A DNA stretch of 64,000 nt from Eledone cirrhosa (taxonomy: Eukaryota): NCBI GenBank assembly GCA_964016885.1, contig OZ024747.1:70060001-70124000 (forward strand). The letters are read 5' to 3'. Below the pieces are notes generated by a model, which saw nothing but the letters and a program-made list of their open reading frames with translations, was not told the origin of the DNA and did no database searches. A program made the translations under genes and the position numbers. Positions within the stretch are counted from its first letter, which is position 1, and every line of letters starts with the position of its first letter. Positions 39,062 to 52,722 of this stretch are shown piece by piece.

Positions 39062-40881
39062 CTTACTGGTTCCTATTATCCACTCTACTACCTCAAGTAT
39101 TGAGTACTTTGGTGCGTTATGGTCCACCTGGTTCCTTACCACATTTCCTTCGTTATATATATAAATATACATGTGTGTGTGTGTAACACATGCAAGCATG
39201 AAAAATAGTTGTAAATCAATATCATAAACTTATACAAAAGAATACGAGTATATTGATAGAAAAATAAAGAAATACCGTTTAACTAAATATCAAAGAATTG
39301 TTCATTTATATCTATTTTTCTGTGATTTGGTTTCGAATAACTATCGTTTTAACATGATACATTGTAAGGAATTTGGTTGATTGAACTTTTGCTTCTTCAG
39401 AAGACCACTTTTATGATTTAATGTGAGTGTTTTAAGAAGGATTACATGTCTTTTTGCCAATTACTAGACCTCAGTAAACCTGCAATGACTCTTTATTAAA
39501 ATCATTGCACAGAAAATTCAGCTGCTGAATTGTAGCACATTTGAAAATGCATTAATCAAAAGCTTTGTTAGTTCAGAAGATCATAGCTAGATCTTCTGAA
39601 AACAAAACAAGATGTACTTATTTTCTGATTGAAAGAAAGAAGATGAAGCAAATTTAACCTATTTGAGAGCTGCTTTAGAAGAATTGTAGCACCAACCCAG
39701 AACCCCTACTGCTTACATCAATAGATTAATAAGCAGATTCCTTTTGGATAATACTGCCCAACACATGATATTCATTTTAGGTTATGCTATTGTCAGTTGA
39801 CCCTAACCCATTCTGGCCACTTTTCTTTATGTAGTTCCAGTATATTGGCAGATGATCAATATTGTTGACCATTCTTGCACCAACCATTTGGCCAGTGGCC
39901 ATAACACATCTTTCATCTACCAGATCAACCAGTCAGTGATGAGATAATTTTTTCTTTCTCCTGTTTTATATTTAAATGTTGATCTAAAAGATGATAAGGA
40001 AAAGCATGTAGAAATTGTGAGAAACAAAGAACGAAAGATGGACAAGGATCAGCATAAAATAATGGCTTTTGTGACAAAAGCCCTCAAATGATATTTACTT
40101 CATATTAGTTCAGCAAACTTAATATCAATAATATCAGTATCTGTAAAAATGTAAGTGCAAACACAGAAGGTTCTACAATAACGCTTTAGTGTGACATTTA
40201 CACTAAAATTCCACCCACATATGCAAGACCAATCTACATACATCAGCGACAGATATTATTTTTAGTATTGTGAGACACAATGTCTAAATGAGTAAAGTGT
40301 TTAAGAACATTGCTGTGTTGGCCAGGAGTTACTTATTTTCAGAAGAGTATGTTGTCTCTTGCTGTATGATATAGCTCCACTTGAAGAAACTTTAATATCA
40401 GTGAAACAAACCATATATATTTTGATGAATTTGCCAGGGAGAAGGGCAGAATCTAGATTAGATGGAAAGGGAATAGATGTTTCTATATGATTTAAATTAC
40501 TCTGATATACTAAGGAAAATGTAAGGACTTAACTTGGCTCCAGATTCATAAATCTCCCATCCTCCTGGATATGATCCCAGGCTCAGACAGCATCGCCAGA
40601 ACAATTATATGCATTCCCTATTGCTAGTGGTATCGATGTATGCAGAATTATATGATCTAATTAAATACAGAACATTCCCACAATGGATTTTATTTCACTA
40701 TTATTTTCATGCAGGGATTTAATTTCAACAAATATTTAGGTGAGATTTTGACAAATGACGAACATCCAAAACATTAAAATTCTTTTCCTTCTATATCAAG
40801 AATTAAACTGATATATATCTTCATTGTGCTGTATTTTTTGGTGTGTTGTCGTGCGTTTGTGTTTCACATGCACATGCACAC

Positions 40882-40950
<69 letters not shown>

Positions 40951-41077
40951 GTAAGTATGTATGTATACGTACATACATATATGTATACAGACGTACAGTA
41001 GCATGCATATATATACATATATATATATATACATACATATACATATATACATACAGGTACACATACATATATGCACG

Positions 41078-41265
41078 CATCAGTTTAGCTGACCTTGTCT
41101 TGCTCATACAGGAAGACATATATATATATATATATAGCCAGAATCAGTTCCCGTATGAGCAAGACAAGGTCAGCCGACCGGACACTGCCCGCAACAGGAC
41201 AACCCGTCTAACCCATGCTAGCGTGGAAGAACGGACGTAAAACGGTGATGATAATGATGATGATG
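41078..41265. repeat. RTE-B terminal fragment (+, 41137-41265) with an inverted partial copy (41078-41117)
   Basis: Perfect 22-bp inverted repeat GCTGACCTTGTCTTGCTCATAC at 41088-41109 / 41153-41174; (GAT)n tail. Confidence 0.8.
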
Positions 41266-41275
41266 ATATATACAT

Positions 41276-41313
<38 letters not shown>

Positions 41314-41923
41314 TTATTACAAAATGTCAAATCTGATAAACAGGGGATTGAGGGTTGTGACCTTTACCGCTCTCTGAAAACGAATTCATTGTTTTATAAA
41401 GGTTCCATCTGAAACAAACGTTCAGAATTGACATCTTTTTGTCATCACAAATCAAAACATTTGTGAAAATATTCGGAATTATCAAATGGCTGAAAACCAC
41501 ATAATCATGTGATACAACCACTCAAAAACATGCCCTCTAAAATAATAGAAAATTTTATTCAGTCAACTTGAATAGAAATGTTGATTGTTAAGTCATCACA
41601 CATGAAAACGACACCTGGGCACATAGTTGATAGCCTAATACATCAATGTTTCAATGCCATTCAAAGATTTATATAGTAAAAATGTGCCGATTCAATGGTT
41701 TGGGGAGTTTCTCTTGCATATTGATGCAATAATTTCAGATTTATTAAGCCAAGTGTTACAATAGGAAACTAATAATTATAATATATTAATTTCAGATTAA
41801 AATAAAATTTATAACCTCCTCTAATTACTTGTACTGTATCCTTTACACATCTGGAGATTATTTTAATGTTATGTCTCTCCATCTCTCTCTCTTTATGGGT
41901 GAGTATATACATATATATTTATA

Positions 41924-42030
41924 TAACAAAGAGGGTGTGGTAAGATACCAGGTGGACCATAATACTTAGATTAGTAGAGTGGGTAGTATGAAAAGGGTCA
42001 GGACCCTTATCGGAATCCTGACTCTTTTCA
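41924..42030. mobile_element. Short inverted pseudo-LTR insertion of the PLE family in (TA)n
   Basis: TAACAAAGAGGGTGTGGTAAGATACCAGGTGGACCATAA... is the reverse complement of the family terminus. Fold-back GAAAAGGGTCAGGA / TCCTGACTCTTTTC. Confidence 0.8.
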
Positions 42031-43815
42031 TATATATATACTGCAACTCTTTGTATTATTACATATGGATCCATACAATTATTGTCAAAACGACAACAGC
42101 AACAAAAACATAAAGTGCATCCTGCTATACTAAGTCATCGTATGTCCTGTTATATTGTTATATCAAAGTGTGTGAGTAACGTTATTAGTTATATAGTGTC
42201 AAGGGTTTAAGGTTCTTCATAGAAAATTACGGAACTGAAAATTCTGTTGGGTACCTTTAACAGAGTTCATTCTTAAATATATCTGAATCAGACCTACATT
42301 TATCAGCAGATAACGATTTGCAGAAATTCAGGTTTGGCATCAACTGTGTCAATCTCACCAACTTTGGAGAGGGTTTTGTAAAGATCAGAAATAGTTCTCT
42401 TATTTCTTGACTAACTTTCTAAAAAACAAGTTAGAAATTAAGTTTAATTACACAATGTGTATGTCAAAATGATACTGTCTGGGACGGAAACAAAATTGTA
42501 AAAGTTAGATAAAACTCAAAAACTCAATAGGAACGATTTAAATGTGACACTTCAGAAGAATAAGCTAATAAAATATACAATAATCTTAAATGCATCTTAT
42601 CAGAGACAATAGCAATTCAAATCGATTCAACTCGCAAATAAATACAAAAAATTATAACAATGAATAAACACAATAATATATTGATGGCTTTTTATTGTAT
42701 GGGTTATCTTATAAGAATAAATGAATGAATGACAAAAGTCTCTTGCAGCTCAGAGAAAGTTAAAAGAAAATTTCATGTTACGAAGATAGATGTAATATAA
42801 AAGAGTTTGGCCATACAAAAGAATCAATCAAAGAAAGTAATTTTAGGAGAAAGGCAATACTGCAGCAGACCTAGTCTAAAGTAGAAAGGGCTCTGAAATA
42901 AAAGTTACATAAAACTATATGTGATGGTGATTTTGAAGATATGAAAAATATCTATGACATATAGCCTACCCAAAATACTCAGAAAAAGTGAAGCTAAGGC
43001 CATTATTTTCCTCAGAAATACAGATAATTACTAATCATTTTATGTAATATTCTACCATTTTTCTTGAACTATTCCTAATGTCCACTTCTAGGGAACTATC
43101 GCTCAGACACTCTTTCCTTTTCTTTCCGTCTTTCTCATTTTTCTTTTCTTTGCTGCAACTCATATAAAGCATTCTCATTTAACTGTCACCCTTACTAAAT
43201 AACTATGTTAAGGTTTCCCATTACTCAACTATATCAGTCTCCCCTTCTTCTACTGCTTACATGGATCTAATTTTCCTAATCACTATTTCCACTCTTCTGT
43301 GATCTTCTGCAGATCAAACTCAATTTTGCTTCAATGATAATCAATTTATTGCAGCTACCCTTTAGTCAGTGATTAAATGTTTAAGGTCATCAAATCAGAG
43401 TATATCCTTTTGAAGATGCGATGTGACCACAACTTACCATAAAATTCTAACAAACCTAACCTCATACTACTCGGTTAAATCATATTAGACATATTTACAG
43501 TCTGGTGTGAATGAAAGGAATTCTTATGGCCATACATGACCAGTAGAAATTTTTCTATTTGAAGAATATTTTTTGAATACCAAGAATTGTACAGATGACA
43601 GATTTTTGTATCATTTTTGCTGATTAACTACAAGAATACTATGAAGAAAGAAATATTATTCTGACAAATCATTAGGTCATAAGTATTCAGGAAAATCTTT
43701 GGGTTATCTGGCAATGCATTTAATATTATATAAGTTGGTTAAAGACAGAAATAATAAAGTAGACCACAAGACACTTCACAGTTTCATCCCTCTGCATGTT
43801 ACTTTCTAATCTTGT

Positions 43816-43874
<59 letters not shown>

Positions 43875-46825
43875 AGATAGGTAACTTACCTACAAATTCT
43901 ATAATCCAAATTCTATAATCCAAATTCTTTCCGCTTATATTATTATATTTTCATAATACTTCTGTTTCCTAAAATATTTTTCGTTTTTTCCTTTGATATA
44001 ATATATACTTTTGATTTAATACCTATTTTAATTGATTATAAGCAGCATATAGACTGAATAACAGTCAATTTTTTTTTTTTCTTTACCAATCTAATTATGC
44101 TATATTTCAAATAATTTATGAAACGTTTAAACCAACTGTAATGTTTTCTTCCAGCCATGTATGCTTGGTGGTCACCGATCTGTCCAGCTTGTTTTTCTAC
44201 CAGCATATCATGAAAAAATTATACATCTCATAATTATTTTGTCTGAAGAGGACATGTTTTGCTCAATGTTATACATAAAATTTTACATCTTCAAAATATA
44301 TATAATAAAATAAAGATGATATAAAGTATATATCTTTCGTTTATTACTATTATTATTATATATTTATATATATATATGTGTGTGTATTTTTTTTGTATAC
44401 AGTGTTGATGTAACAGACTATGAAAATGTGTATAAAATTAGGAATATAGAGATGTAAACATGCCAAATATATGTATTTCCCCATAAATTGAAAAAGTTCT
44501 AAATGTCTATGTTCAACCTTCAAACATATTTGGGCTCTCAACAACCACAAGAAAACATGTAACAATGAGCCTTATATAGCATAACACTTATAACAGTATC
44601 TTGAAATGTATGTACTAATTTGCATATTATTTGCGCTCATGTTGATAGTTAATTTGGTATATATTAAGGTGTACACTAAGCATCCAAATTGTATGATAAA
44701 TTTCATTGTTATCATCATCATTGTCATTTTAATGCCTGCTTTCCCAGCTAGCAAGGTTTGGATGGGTCTATATAGACCAAGTTTGTACTGATCTCCCGAG
44801 CAAGCCAGGGATCTGTGTCTCACTTATGTATGGTCTCATGTTCTATCAAGAGCTCAGGAAAGGTATATTTACAGTATAGAAATAACTTAGTATATCAAAA
44901 TTAATATGAGCATTGATAATATGTGAATTAGTATATCTACTTTTCACAGTGATGCTTAAGTGACCTCTCCAAGGAGCAACTCTGGTATGGGCATACAGAA
45001 ACGTGCTCAGTTACCAAAATTTGACTGTGTACATCATGGCATTTCAGTGGTCCTTAGAAATGCTTGGCAGTGCCCATCTCAAACCTAAGTGTGCAGTCAA
45101 TCACTAAATTTAGCTTTCCAACTGAATCAGTTAGTGGAGATTGGCTGAAAAATGTCCTGGAGCAGAAATGGGAGCCAGGTAAATAAATCACCCATCCATC
45201 CCTAAGGATGCTTCTGCCAGGCATAAATGTATTTTCCCAACCTGAAAACTCAGGCTTTGAAATAATGTTTTATTTTTCAAATCAGTACACTATTTTTTAA
45301 ACCATTCTATTACACACTGTTTCCTCAAAGGTAGAGTTAAGTGATTCAAAGAATTGTTATTTCATAGTGTTATCTAATGTTCTTTGAAAATAGCGTGAAG
45401 TTAAAATTCCATGAAACCAACCCTTCATATTTATATAAGAGCTGCATAACAGAATTTCTAAAGTGATTCTATATTCGATTAGAACACACTATATCTAGTG
45501 TATTTATAACTAATCAGTTGCTTTCTACTAACCATGATAACTTAACAGCAACATTAGCAACAACAATATCTACAACAAGAATATCCACTATTACAACAAC
45601 AGTTGAAATACCTTTACAGCATTAGCAGAAGGACTAAACTCCTGTGATATTATTTTCTATGGAAATAATTGAATATTTAGAGTACTGCTGTGTCCTTGAG
45701 GAGAGATAAACTAATATTCAATAGAAACATGGAAATATTAATATTACTTCAATTACTAGGGTAATGGATTGGTAGAATCAATAGAATGATGTAGAAAAAA
45801 TACCTTGCTGTATTTAGCTATGTCTATTTATGTTATGAGTTCAAGTTCTCCTGGGGTAGAATCTAACTTTTATCCCTCCAAGGTTCATATAATCAACTAT
45901 ATCTCATTTTCAAAATTTGAGACTTTCTGCTTATTTTATAAATCAACATTATATCCATTATCATGCTACAAAGCAGTGGGTTTTACTACAACCAAAATTA
46001 TGATGTCTAGCTTTGTATAAAAAGATCATAAGCAGCTCAAAGCATAAATATAACTCTTAGCATAAAAGATTGCGTGACTTGCTGAAAATGACAAATTCTC
46101 TGCCCCTCTCTCTCAAATCACACCCTGCCTACTGATTTAGAAAATAGAAAAGTCATATTGGATAATGTGATATTGAGTACACTGTGTATAGCAAAAACAT
46201 GAAATTATCAGAATAAGAAGGCCTTTGATCATAGGTCAATTCAATCACAGCTGACTTTTATTACCATATTTCTATTAACATACATAGTATTTGCATCAAT
46301 GTTTAAAGAATTTGGAGAGAATTACGAAGCTATTTCATTTATACATGTGTAATATAGCTTAAAAAAGATTCTCAAAAAAAATGATGTAAAACACATTTTA
46401 AACATGAATCCTTTAAAAAGTATTGTTTTATTTCATAGAACCAAGAGATTTAAGAAACGATGCCAAACCATCACAAACAATACCATCGAGTGTCTGAACA
46501 ATAGAACACCATTGTGTGCCTAATTCATACAATGTGGTTGTAGGCCCCCATTGTTTTGTTATTATTTTTTACAAAAGTTACTCGAAGGAGGACGTACATG
46601 TTCATGAATGCTGTAGCAGGCATTCTAAGACTGATGATATTGAGGTTGTTGATATACAGTTGATATTCAATTGAAAAGCAAGGGTAAGAAAAGATTTCTA
46701 GAGGGTTGCTTTTTTTATGAGTAACGATATTCTAATTTAACCCCAGGCCAGTTGTGATCAAATTGTAAGTTCAAAATTTTCCAGTCATAACCATTGCATC
46801 TTATATTTAGGCAATCTTTCTAGTA

Positions 46826-47395
46826 CTCATCATCATCATCATCATCATCATCAGGTTTAGCGTCCGTGTTCCACGCTTGCATGGGTTTGGACGGGGGTTT
46901 TCCCACTTGAGGCAAGAGTGGTTGTCTTGCTCGCATAGGACTGTCTGGCGGGTTTTCTACAGTTGGATGCCCTTCCTAACACCAACCACATTTACAGTGT
47001 GGGGCTGGGAGGTTTTTACCGTGTTGCCTACACGGCCACATTACAGCGTGGACTGTCTGGCAGGTTTTCTACAGCTGGATGCCCTTCCTAACACCAACCA
47101 CATTTACAGTGTGGGGCTGGGAGGTTTTTACCGTGTTGCCTACACGGCCACATTTACAGCGTGGACTGTGTGTTTTTTGTCGTGACACCTACACGATCTC
47201 ATTTGTTTCGGCCTGGATGTTGTGGGACCAACATAACTTTACATTGAAAGGGGCGGTGTGGGTGGGGTGGAGGTGGTGGGACGGGGGTGTGTTTTGATAG
47301 AGATGCCTACTGACTGTAGTAGGTTTTTACTTTGTATTTAGGTAAGGCGGGTCTTCTCTATTACTGAGTACCGCCAAAGGTCTCGGTCCAGATTG
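46826..47395 (-). mobile_element. RTE-B 3' UTR copy with internal ~111-bp tandem duplication
   Basis: (CAT)n tail at 46826. 46939-47049 is repeated at 47050-47161; left portion matches 29230-29685. Confidence 0.88.
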
Positions 47396-48519
47396 TATAA
47401 TGTGTCCTTCCCTAATTTAACATTATATTGTGATTTAACATTATACAAAGAACTATAGCTATTATTTCTAAAAGGTTGGGTACCCATGCACTTTTATTGA
47501 TTGTCTGTTTTTGTTGTTATTCATTCCTAAGTCACACCTAACTGAGCAGACCTTTGATCCAAAATATTCCAGCTATGACAATCCCATCCCTTTTAAACCA
47601 ACAAGGGAACTTTTTATATGGTCTTTCAATAGTTAGAAATAGTAGCCAAATTTACTTAAATCACACCCTACTGTCTTAGAAATACCCATTAGGAAATGAG
47701 GTCCTTGTTTCCATACGCACAGGAAAAAAATTGGTTGTTTACTATTGAATTACCTTTAATCAAGGGTCTGCTTGATTAGGGTTCACCTGGAAAAAGATAA
47801 CCCTATTCTTTTTTCATATTGATATTAGCTGTGCCTTTCATCCTAACAAGGTAGATAAAATAAAGTACCAGTAACACACTGAGAATCAATTTAATCGACT
47901 TTTCCCTTGCCCAAATTTGCTGAAACCATATTAGGGATGAGTACATTATCCAAACTTTCCTTTCCTTTTTTAAAATGGTAGTGAGTGATAGAGATATTTG
48001 GTTGGTGTTCCTAACAGGCTGGTGTTCCTCACATAGAGGATTATTTATTGTTTCAGTGTATTTGATGTTAAGTTTTTCCTCAGACATTGATTCATTTCAT
48101 AACATTGACTGACAAATCAAAATAAGCCCTGAAATATCATGTATCCATAGTTTTGTGGGTCTTACACTTGTTACAAAGAATATATGAAACCTTAGCAAAT
48201 GTTTTTCTGTTTGCTGTTGTCAAGCCACATGTCAGCTCTGACTAAAAAGATGTATGAGCAAGAACATTTCAGCTGAGACCAATCCATCTTTTTTTCCATA
48301 CAATATCTATACGACTACATTATCCAATTCATCCTTCATATTTCAGAGATCTTCTATACTTCTATTATAATTCCATTCACATCTAGAAGGCATTATAAGC
48401 ATCAATGCCCAGTAATTGACTGATACTTTATTAACTTGAATAGGTGATAAACAAGGATTGACAAAAAAGAGAAAAAGAAAAGAAAAAAATAAAGGAACGA
48501 GAAAGAGAGGACAAACTCT

Positions 48520-49960
48520 ACACAATTTGCTTGGCAATAAATCCCTGTTAGCAAGATGGTAGAAGTATTGTCATGGAGAGCAGTCACTGACACCTGTTGC
48601 ATCAGCCAATTCATTTCATATAGCTCCTTCCACAAGTGAGATGCACTTCTACAAACTTTGTGGAGGAAAGTAACAGTCTGAGAACTACGAACTGCAGAGG
48701 TGTTGATGGCAATAGGCACAATAAAGAAGCAGTCAGATGAAATCCAGTATTTTATTGTGTTCCACTCCTCTGTAACATGAATGTAGTTGTCTGGAATTGT
48801 GATTGAGGTGATGAGATTGAGCCAGATAATGTGCCACTACATATGGTGTCCCATATTACTGAGCTATTCCACTCAAACAGAAAAATAATTATCCTGTCTG
48901 GGTGATTACCTTCGCTGTGGTCAAAGCTGACAGGTTCCAATCACAATGGGAAACCAATTACATCAAGGCTCCTTCTGATGACTTTATTCAAGGCAGCATT
49001 CTGAAGAAACTGACATGCACTGTGGTGACAAGAGAGCAGATGCAGTCCAAATTCATTGATTGGGGCTCCACATGTGAAATCCAAGATGCAAGACTACACT
49101 AATGGAGATGTACTCAGCATAAAGAAGGGTATGGATTTGAGCCATATGTAGCTGTTTTGTTGTGAAGCAAATAAGAGGCAGGTGGGATGATATTGGTCCA
49201 AGGAAGATTTGATTTGTTGAACAGGCTGAACAGCACTTGATATTGTCCCAGTTGCATTGGTTACCTTCATAATGGTAGACAGTGAGGCCTTTTCCAACCA
49301 TACACTTAGAGATAACACAAGTTCCTGGTCCACATTAGGTTCTGATGTTTTGCAGAGAACTTTGTGTATTTCAAAGAACTTTGTGCAGTTGAAACCATGG
49401 ATGTAAAGTAATCTGGCAGTATAAGATCAGATATTGAGCAGAAGCTGAGGCTATTGAACCACATGGGAAATGTTGCCAGCTACCAACCTATGTCATTGAA
49501 ACTTACATTACAAGTAAGTTTGGCAGAGTGATGAATTGTCACATCAAGTTCCCTGAGGCATCCTATGAAAGAATAATAGGATGCACTGCAAGGCAGTTAT
49601 TCAGCAGGGTAAGGACAGTTTGTGCATCGATGAGGTGCACTCTGTTCATCATCCTCATCAGGTCAACTCAATTGACATCTAAGCACACTCATATGGATTT
49701 CAAGAGAATTACAGAGCCAAGAATGTAGGTATTGTCTCCCAGAGTAAATTATACCTTACACAGAATGGACCCAATGCTGTGTGTGGTGTCGTCTATGTCA
49801 TCATATTGAGTTTCATTTCGACTTGGACAAGTTAATCACTAGTCCAAAGAGCAATAGAGCTGGGATAATGTTCTGAAGCTTAAAACCAGGACTGAACAGA
49901 GCCACTTAGTGTTGTGATATAATGATTCCAATGTAGGGTTCACTTCTGTTTAGTTACCTC
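48520..49960 (-). pseudogene. Decayed CRE-like (RLE-type) non-LTR retrotransposon
   Basis: EPVSFDHSEGNHPD...IWDTICSGTL and PIAINTSAV...WLMQQVSVTALHDNTSTIL match the PDG...WD.TC.DT and FVP.A.ET.G...QR.S.A.QRGN motifs of CRE-clade endonucleases. Upper boundary approximate. Confidence 0.7.
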
Positions 49961-50061
49961 TGACTACTTTTCTTCCTCTCTAGGGATAGTTCACCAGATT
50001 TTTTCAACTATTATTTATAATGATTGACAACTATTGTAGACATTTGCACTGGGATGAATAC

Positions 50062-50125
<64 letters not shown>

Positions 50126-50139
50126 ATGATGATACACTA

Positions 50140-50420
50140 AGTCTAAAGTCTGTCTTAAGCCAGAAGGTTCATTTGGCTGGTGCTTATACCGGTTTCATGG
50201 CGTGAAGCAATTGTGAGTACAAGACTCCTCCATGGACAGGACGCCAGTCCATCGCAGGGTTAAACATCCAGCTATTGCTGGTACTCATTTTCAGCTGAGT
50301 GTACTGGAGCAACGTGAAATGAAGTGTTTTGCTCAAGAACACAGCATGCAGCCCAGGAATCGAACCAATGACATTATGATCATAGGTACAACACTCTTGC
50401 CACTAGGCCACGTGCCTCCA
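50140..50420 (-). mobile_element. tRNA-derived SINE family 2-like
   Basis: Minus strand GGAGGCACGTGGCCTAGTGG...GGTTCGATTCC...GTGTTCTTGAGCAAAACACTTCATTTCACG. Confidence 0.8.
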
Positions 50421-50429
50421 CGATGATAC

Positions 50430-50462
<33 letters not shown>

Positions 50463-50476
50463 TACACACCACACAT

Positions 50477-50511
<35 letters not shown>

Positions 50512-50514
50512 CAT

Positions 50515-50790
50515 TCAGCCCGAAAGAAATGAGGCCGTGTAGGTGTCACGACCAAAAAACACACAGTCCACGCTGTAATGTGGCCATGTAGGTAACACGG
50601 TAAAAACCTTCCAGTTCCACACTGTATATGTGGTCGGTGTTAGGAAGGGCATCCAGCCATAGAAAACCAGCCAGACAGTCCTATGCGAGCAAGACAACCA
50701 CTCTTGCCTCAAGTGGGAAAACTCCCATCCAAACCCAGGCAAGCGTGGAATATGGACGTTAAATGATGATGATGATGATGATGATGATGA
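50515..50790 (+). repeat. RTE-B 3' UTR copy with (GAT)n tail
   Basis: Near-identical to the reverse complement of 46826-47200. Confidence 0.85.
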
Positions 50791-50948
50791 TATATATTTA
50801 TTTATTTATTTAGGTTTGTTGGTTCACCACTGGATAGAATTGATCATTCCGTATGGTCAATGATGTAATATTATTATTATATATATTATATATATTATAT
50901 ATTATGATATATATTATATATATTGTATATTATTATATATTATATATA

Positions 50949-52680
50949 GGTAGATCCGACAGAGGGACCAGCTATTGAGATTGACGAATATAGGGTCCAA
51001 GAGGCGATTAGGGAAATGAAAAATGGTAAGGCGGCCGGACCATCGGGAATAGTTGCTGAGATGCTGAAGGCATCAGGGGACGTAGGCACTAAACTGGTTG
51101 CACGCATAATCAATCAGGCTATATATGGTGGTGTCATACCCAAAGACTGGTGCAGCAGTATTCTCATAAATTGCTACAAAGGTAAAGGGGATGCTTTGGA
51201 GAGGAGCAATTATATGGGTATAAAACTGATAGATCAGGTTATGAAAGTGGCAGAAAGGATTTTAGCACAACTAATTAGAGAAAGGGTCAAACTAGATGAG
51301 ATGCAGTTTGGTTTTGTGCCTGGGAAGAGTACAACAGATGCCCTCTTCTTGGTGAGACAAATGCAAGAGAGGTTCTTAGAGAAGAATAAGCCACTATACT
51401 TGGCCTTTGTTGACCTAGAGAAGGCCTTTGATAGGGTACCCCGATCTGTCATCTGGTGGTCCCTAAGGAAGCTGGGTGTTGAGGAATGGCTTGTAAGGAC
51501 AGTGCAAACTTTGTACAGAGGTACTCTCAGTAAAGTCAGGGTAGGAATGGAGTTTAGTGAGGAATTCCAGATACAAGTAGGAGTACATCAGGGTTCGGTC
51601 CTCAGCCCGCTCTTGTTCATTATAGTCCTCCAAGCCATAACAGAGGAGTTTAAGACTGGCTGTCCATGGGAACTTCTCTATGCTGACGATCTGGCTCTTA
51701 TGGCAGAATCAGTAGAGGAGCTAGAGAATAAATTCCGGCTATGGAAACAGCAGTTGGAAGCAAGAGGACTGAGAGTAAATCTAGCTAAGACAAAAGTGTT
51801 GATGAGTAGAAAAGAGGACAAAACCCTGATTCCGTCAGGGAAATGGCCATGTTCGATATGCAGAAAAGGAACTGGCATAAATTCTATAAAATGCACACAA
51901 TGTAGGTCCTGGGTACACAAGAGATGTAGCGGGATAGCAGGCAAACTAACAGGTAGGGAGAAATATGTATGCAGTAGATGTACAGGGAAATTAGACAGTA
52001 GAAGTCGCACTGATAGACACATTTTTCAAATGCGAGAGGGCGCTATAGAAGTGGTGGATAGCTTCCGGTACCTAGGAGATCAGATTAGCATGGGAGGAGG
52101 GTGTTCCGAGGCCATAGTATCTAGAATAAGGACGGGTTGGAAGAAGTTTAGGGAGCTGCTTCCTCTGTTGACGAAGAAGGGTTTCTCCCTGCGTACGAAA
52201 GGCCGGTTGTATGATGCCTGTGTGAGGAGCGCGATGCTGCATGGTAGTGAGACATGGGCAGCTACCGCAGAAGATATGCGACGGCTGGAGAGAAATGAGG
52301 CAAGCATGCTCCGTTGGATGTGCAGTGTAAATGTGCGTGAACGACCCAGCATAAATGTGTTGAGAGAGAAACTGTGTCTGAGAGGGATAGAATGTAGTGT
52401 ACGGGAGAGGAGACTGAGGTGGTATGGACATGTGATGCGCATGGAGGATGACCGATGGGTGAAGAAGTGCCAGGAAATGCCAGTTGAAGGAAGACGTAGT
52501 AGAGGTAGACCACGAAAAACATGGGCGGAGGTGGTGAGAACAGACCTCAGATCATTGAAGCTCACGGTGGAGATGACGAGGGACCGTGACGAGTGGAGAG
52601 ATGCTGTGCTGAATAAGACCCGTCCCACCCTTGCAAGCAGGGAAAAGCGGACGTAAAATGATGATGATGATGATGATGAT
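50949..52680 (+). mobile_element. 5'-truncated RTE LINE (subfamily A) in (TA)n, with essentially no 3' UTR and a (GAT)n tail
   Basis: Uninterrupted RT frame from ~50950 to 52656, followed directly by (GAT)n. Confidence 0.95.
51016..52656 (+). CDS. RTE reverse transcriptase (partial ORF, endonuclease missing) with internal C4HC3 zinc finger
   Basis: GKAAGPSG, QFGF, FVDLEKAFDRV, GVHQGSVLSP, LLYADDL, FRYLG and [12 protein letters not shown] motifs. CSIC-CTQC-HKRC-CSRC at 51850-51981. Confidence 0.93.
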   Translation: MKNGKAAGPSGIVAEMLKASGDVGTKLVARIINQAIYGGVIPKDWCSSILINCYKGKGDALERSNYMGIKLIDQVMKVAERILAQLIRERVKLDEMQFGFVPGKSTTDALFLVRQMQERFLEKNKPLYLAFVDLEKAFDRVPRSVIWWSLRKLGVEEWLVRTVQTLYRGTLSKVRVGMEFSEEFQIQVGVHQGSVLSPLLFIIVLQAITEEFKTGCPWELLYADDLALMAESVEELENKFRLWKQQLEARGLRVNLAKTKVLMSRKEDKTLIPSGKWPCSICRKGTGINSIKCTQCRSWVHKRCSGIAGKLTGREKYVCSRCTGKLDSRSRTDRHIFQMREGAIEVVDSFRYLGDQISMGGGCSEAIVSRIRTGWKKFRELLPLLTKKGFSLRTKGRLYDACVRSAMLHGSETWAATAEDMRRLERNEASMLRWMCSVNVRERPSINVLREKLCLRGIECSVRERRLRWYGHVMRMEDDRWVKKCQEMPVEGRRSRGRPRKTWAEVVRTDLRSLKLTVEMTRDRDEWRDAVLNKTRPTLASREKRT

Positions 52681-52722
52681 TATATCTTGATGTAATAATA
52701 TTATTATATATATATATATATA

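Larger units (their letters stand above)
37266..39155 (+). mobile_element. 5'-truncated Penelope-like element: GIY-YIG endonuclease end, ~1.3-kb 3' UTR and hammerhead-bearing terminus, in (TA)n
   Basis: Open frame to 37832 with CNC-x5-CPL, VIYQC...YIGLT, FKTRLYQH, TTLSGHIW and CNLCSEE. (TA)n at both ends; terminus shared with four short copies. Confidence 0.9.

Noticed and set aside
39440-40700. Possible decayed DNA transposase on the minus strand
   Set aside because: Only faint motif echoes (e.g. NSAAE); no continuous frame or TIRs found.
44950-45178. Plus-strand exon candidate (TTTTCACAG...CAG|GTAAAT)
   Set aside because: Stops in all three frames and no partner exons.
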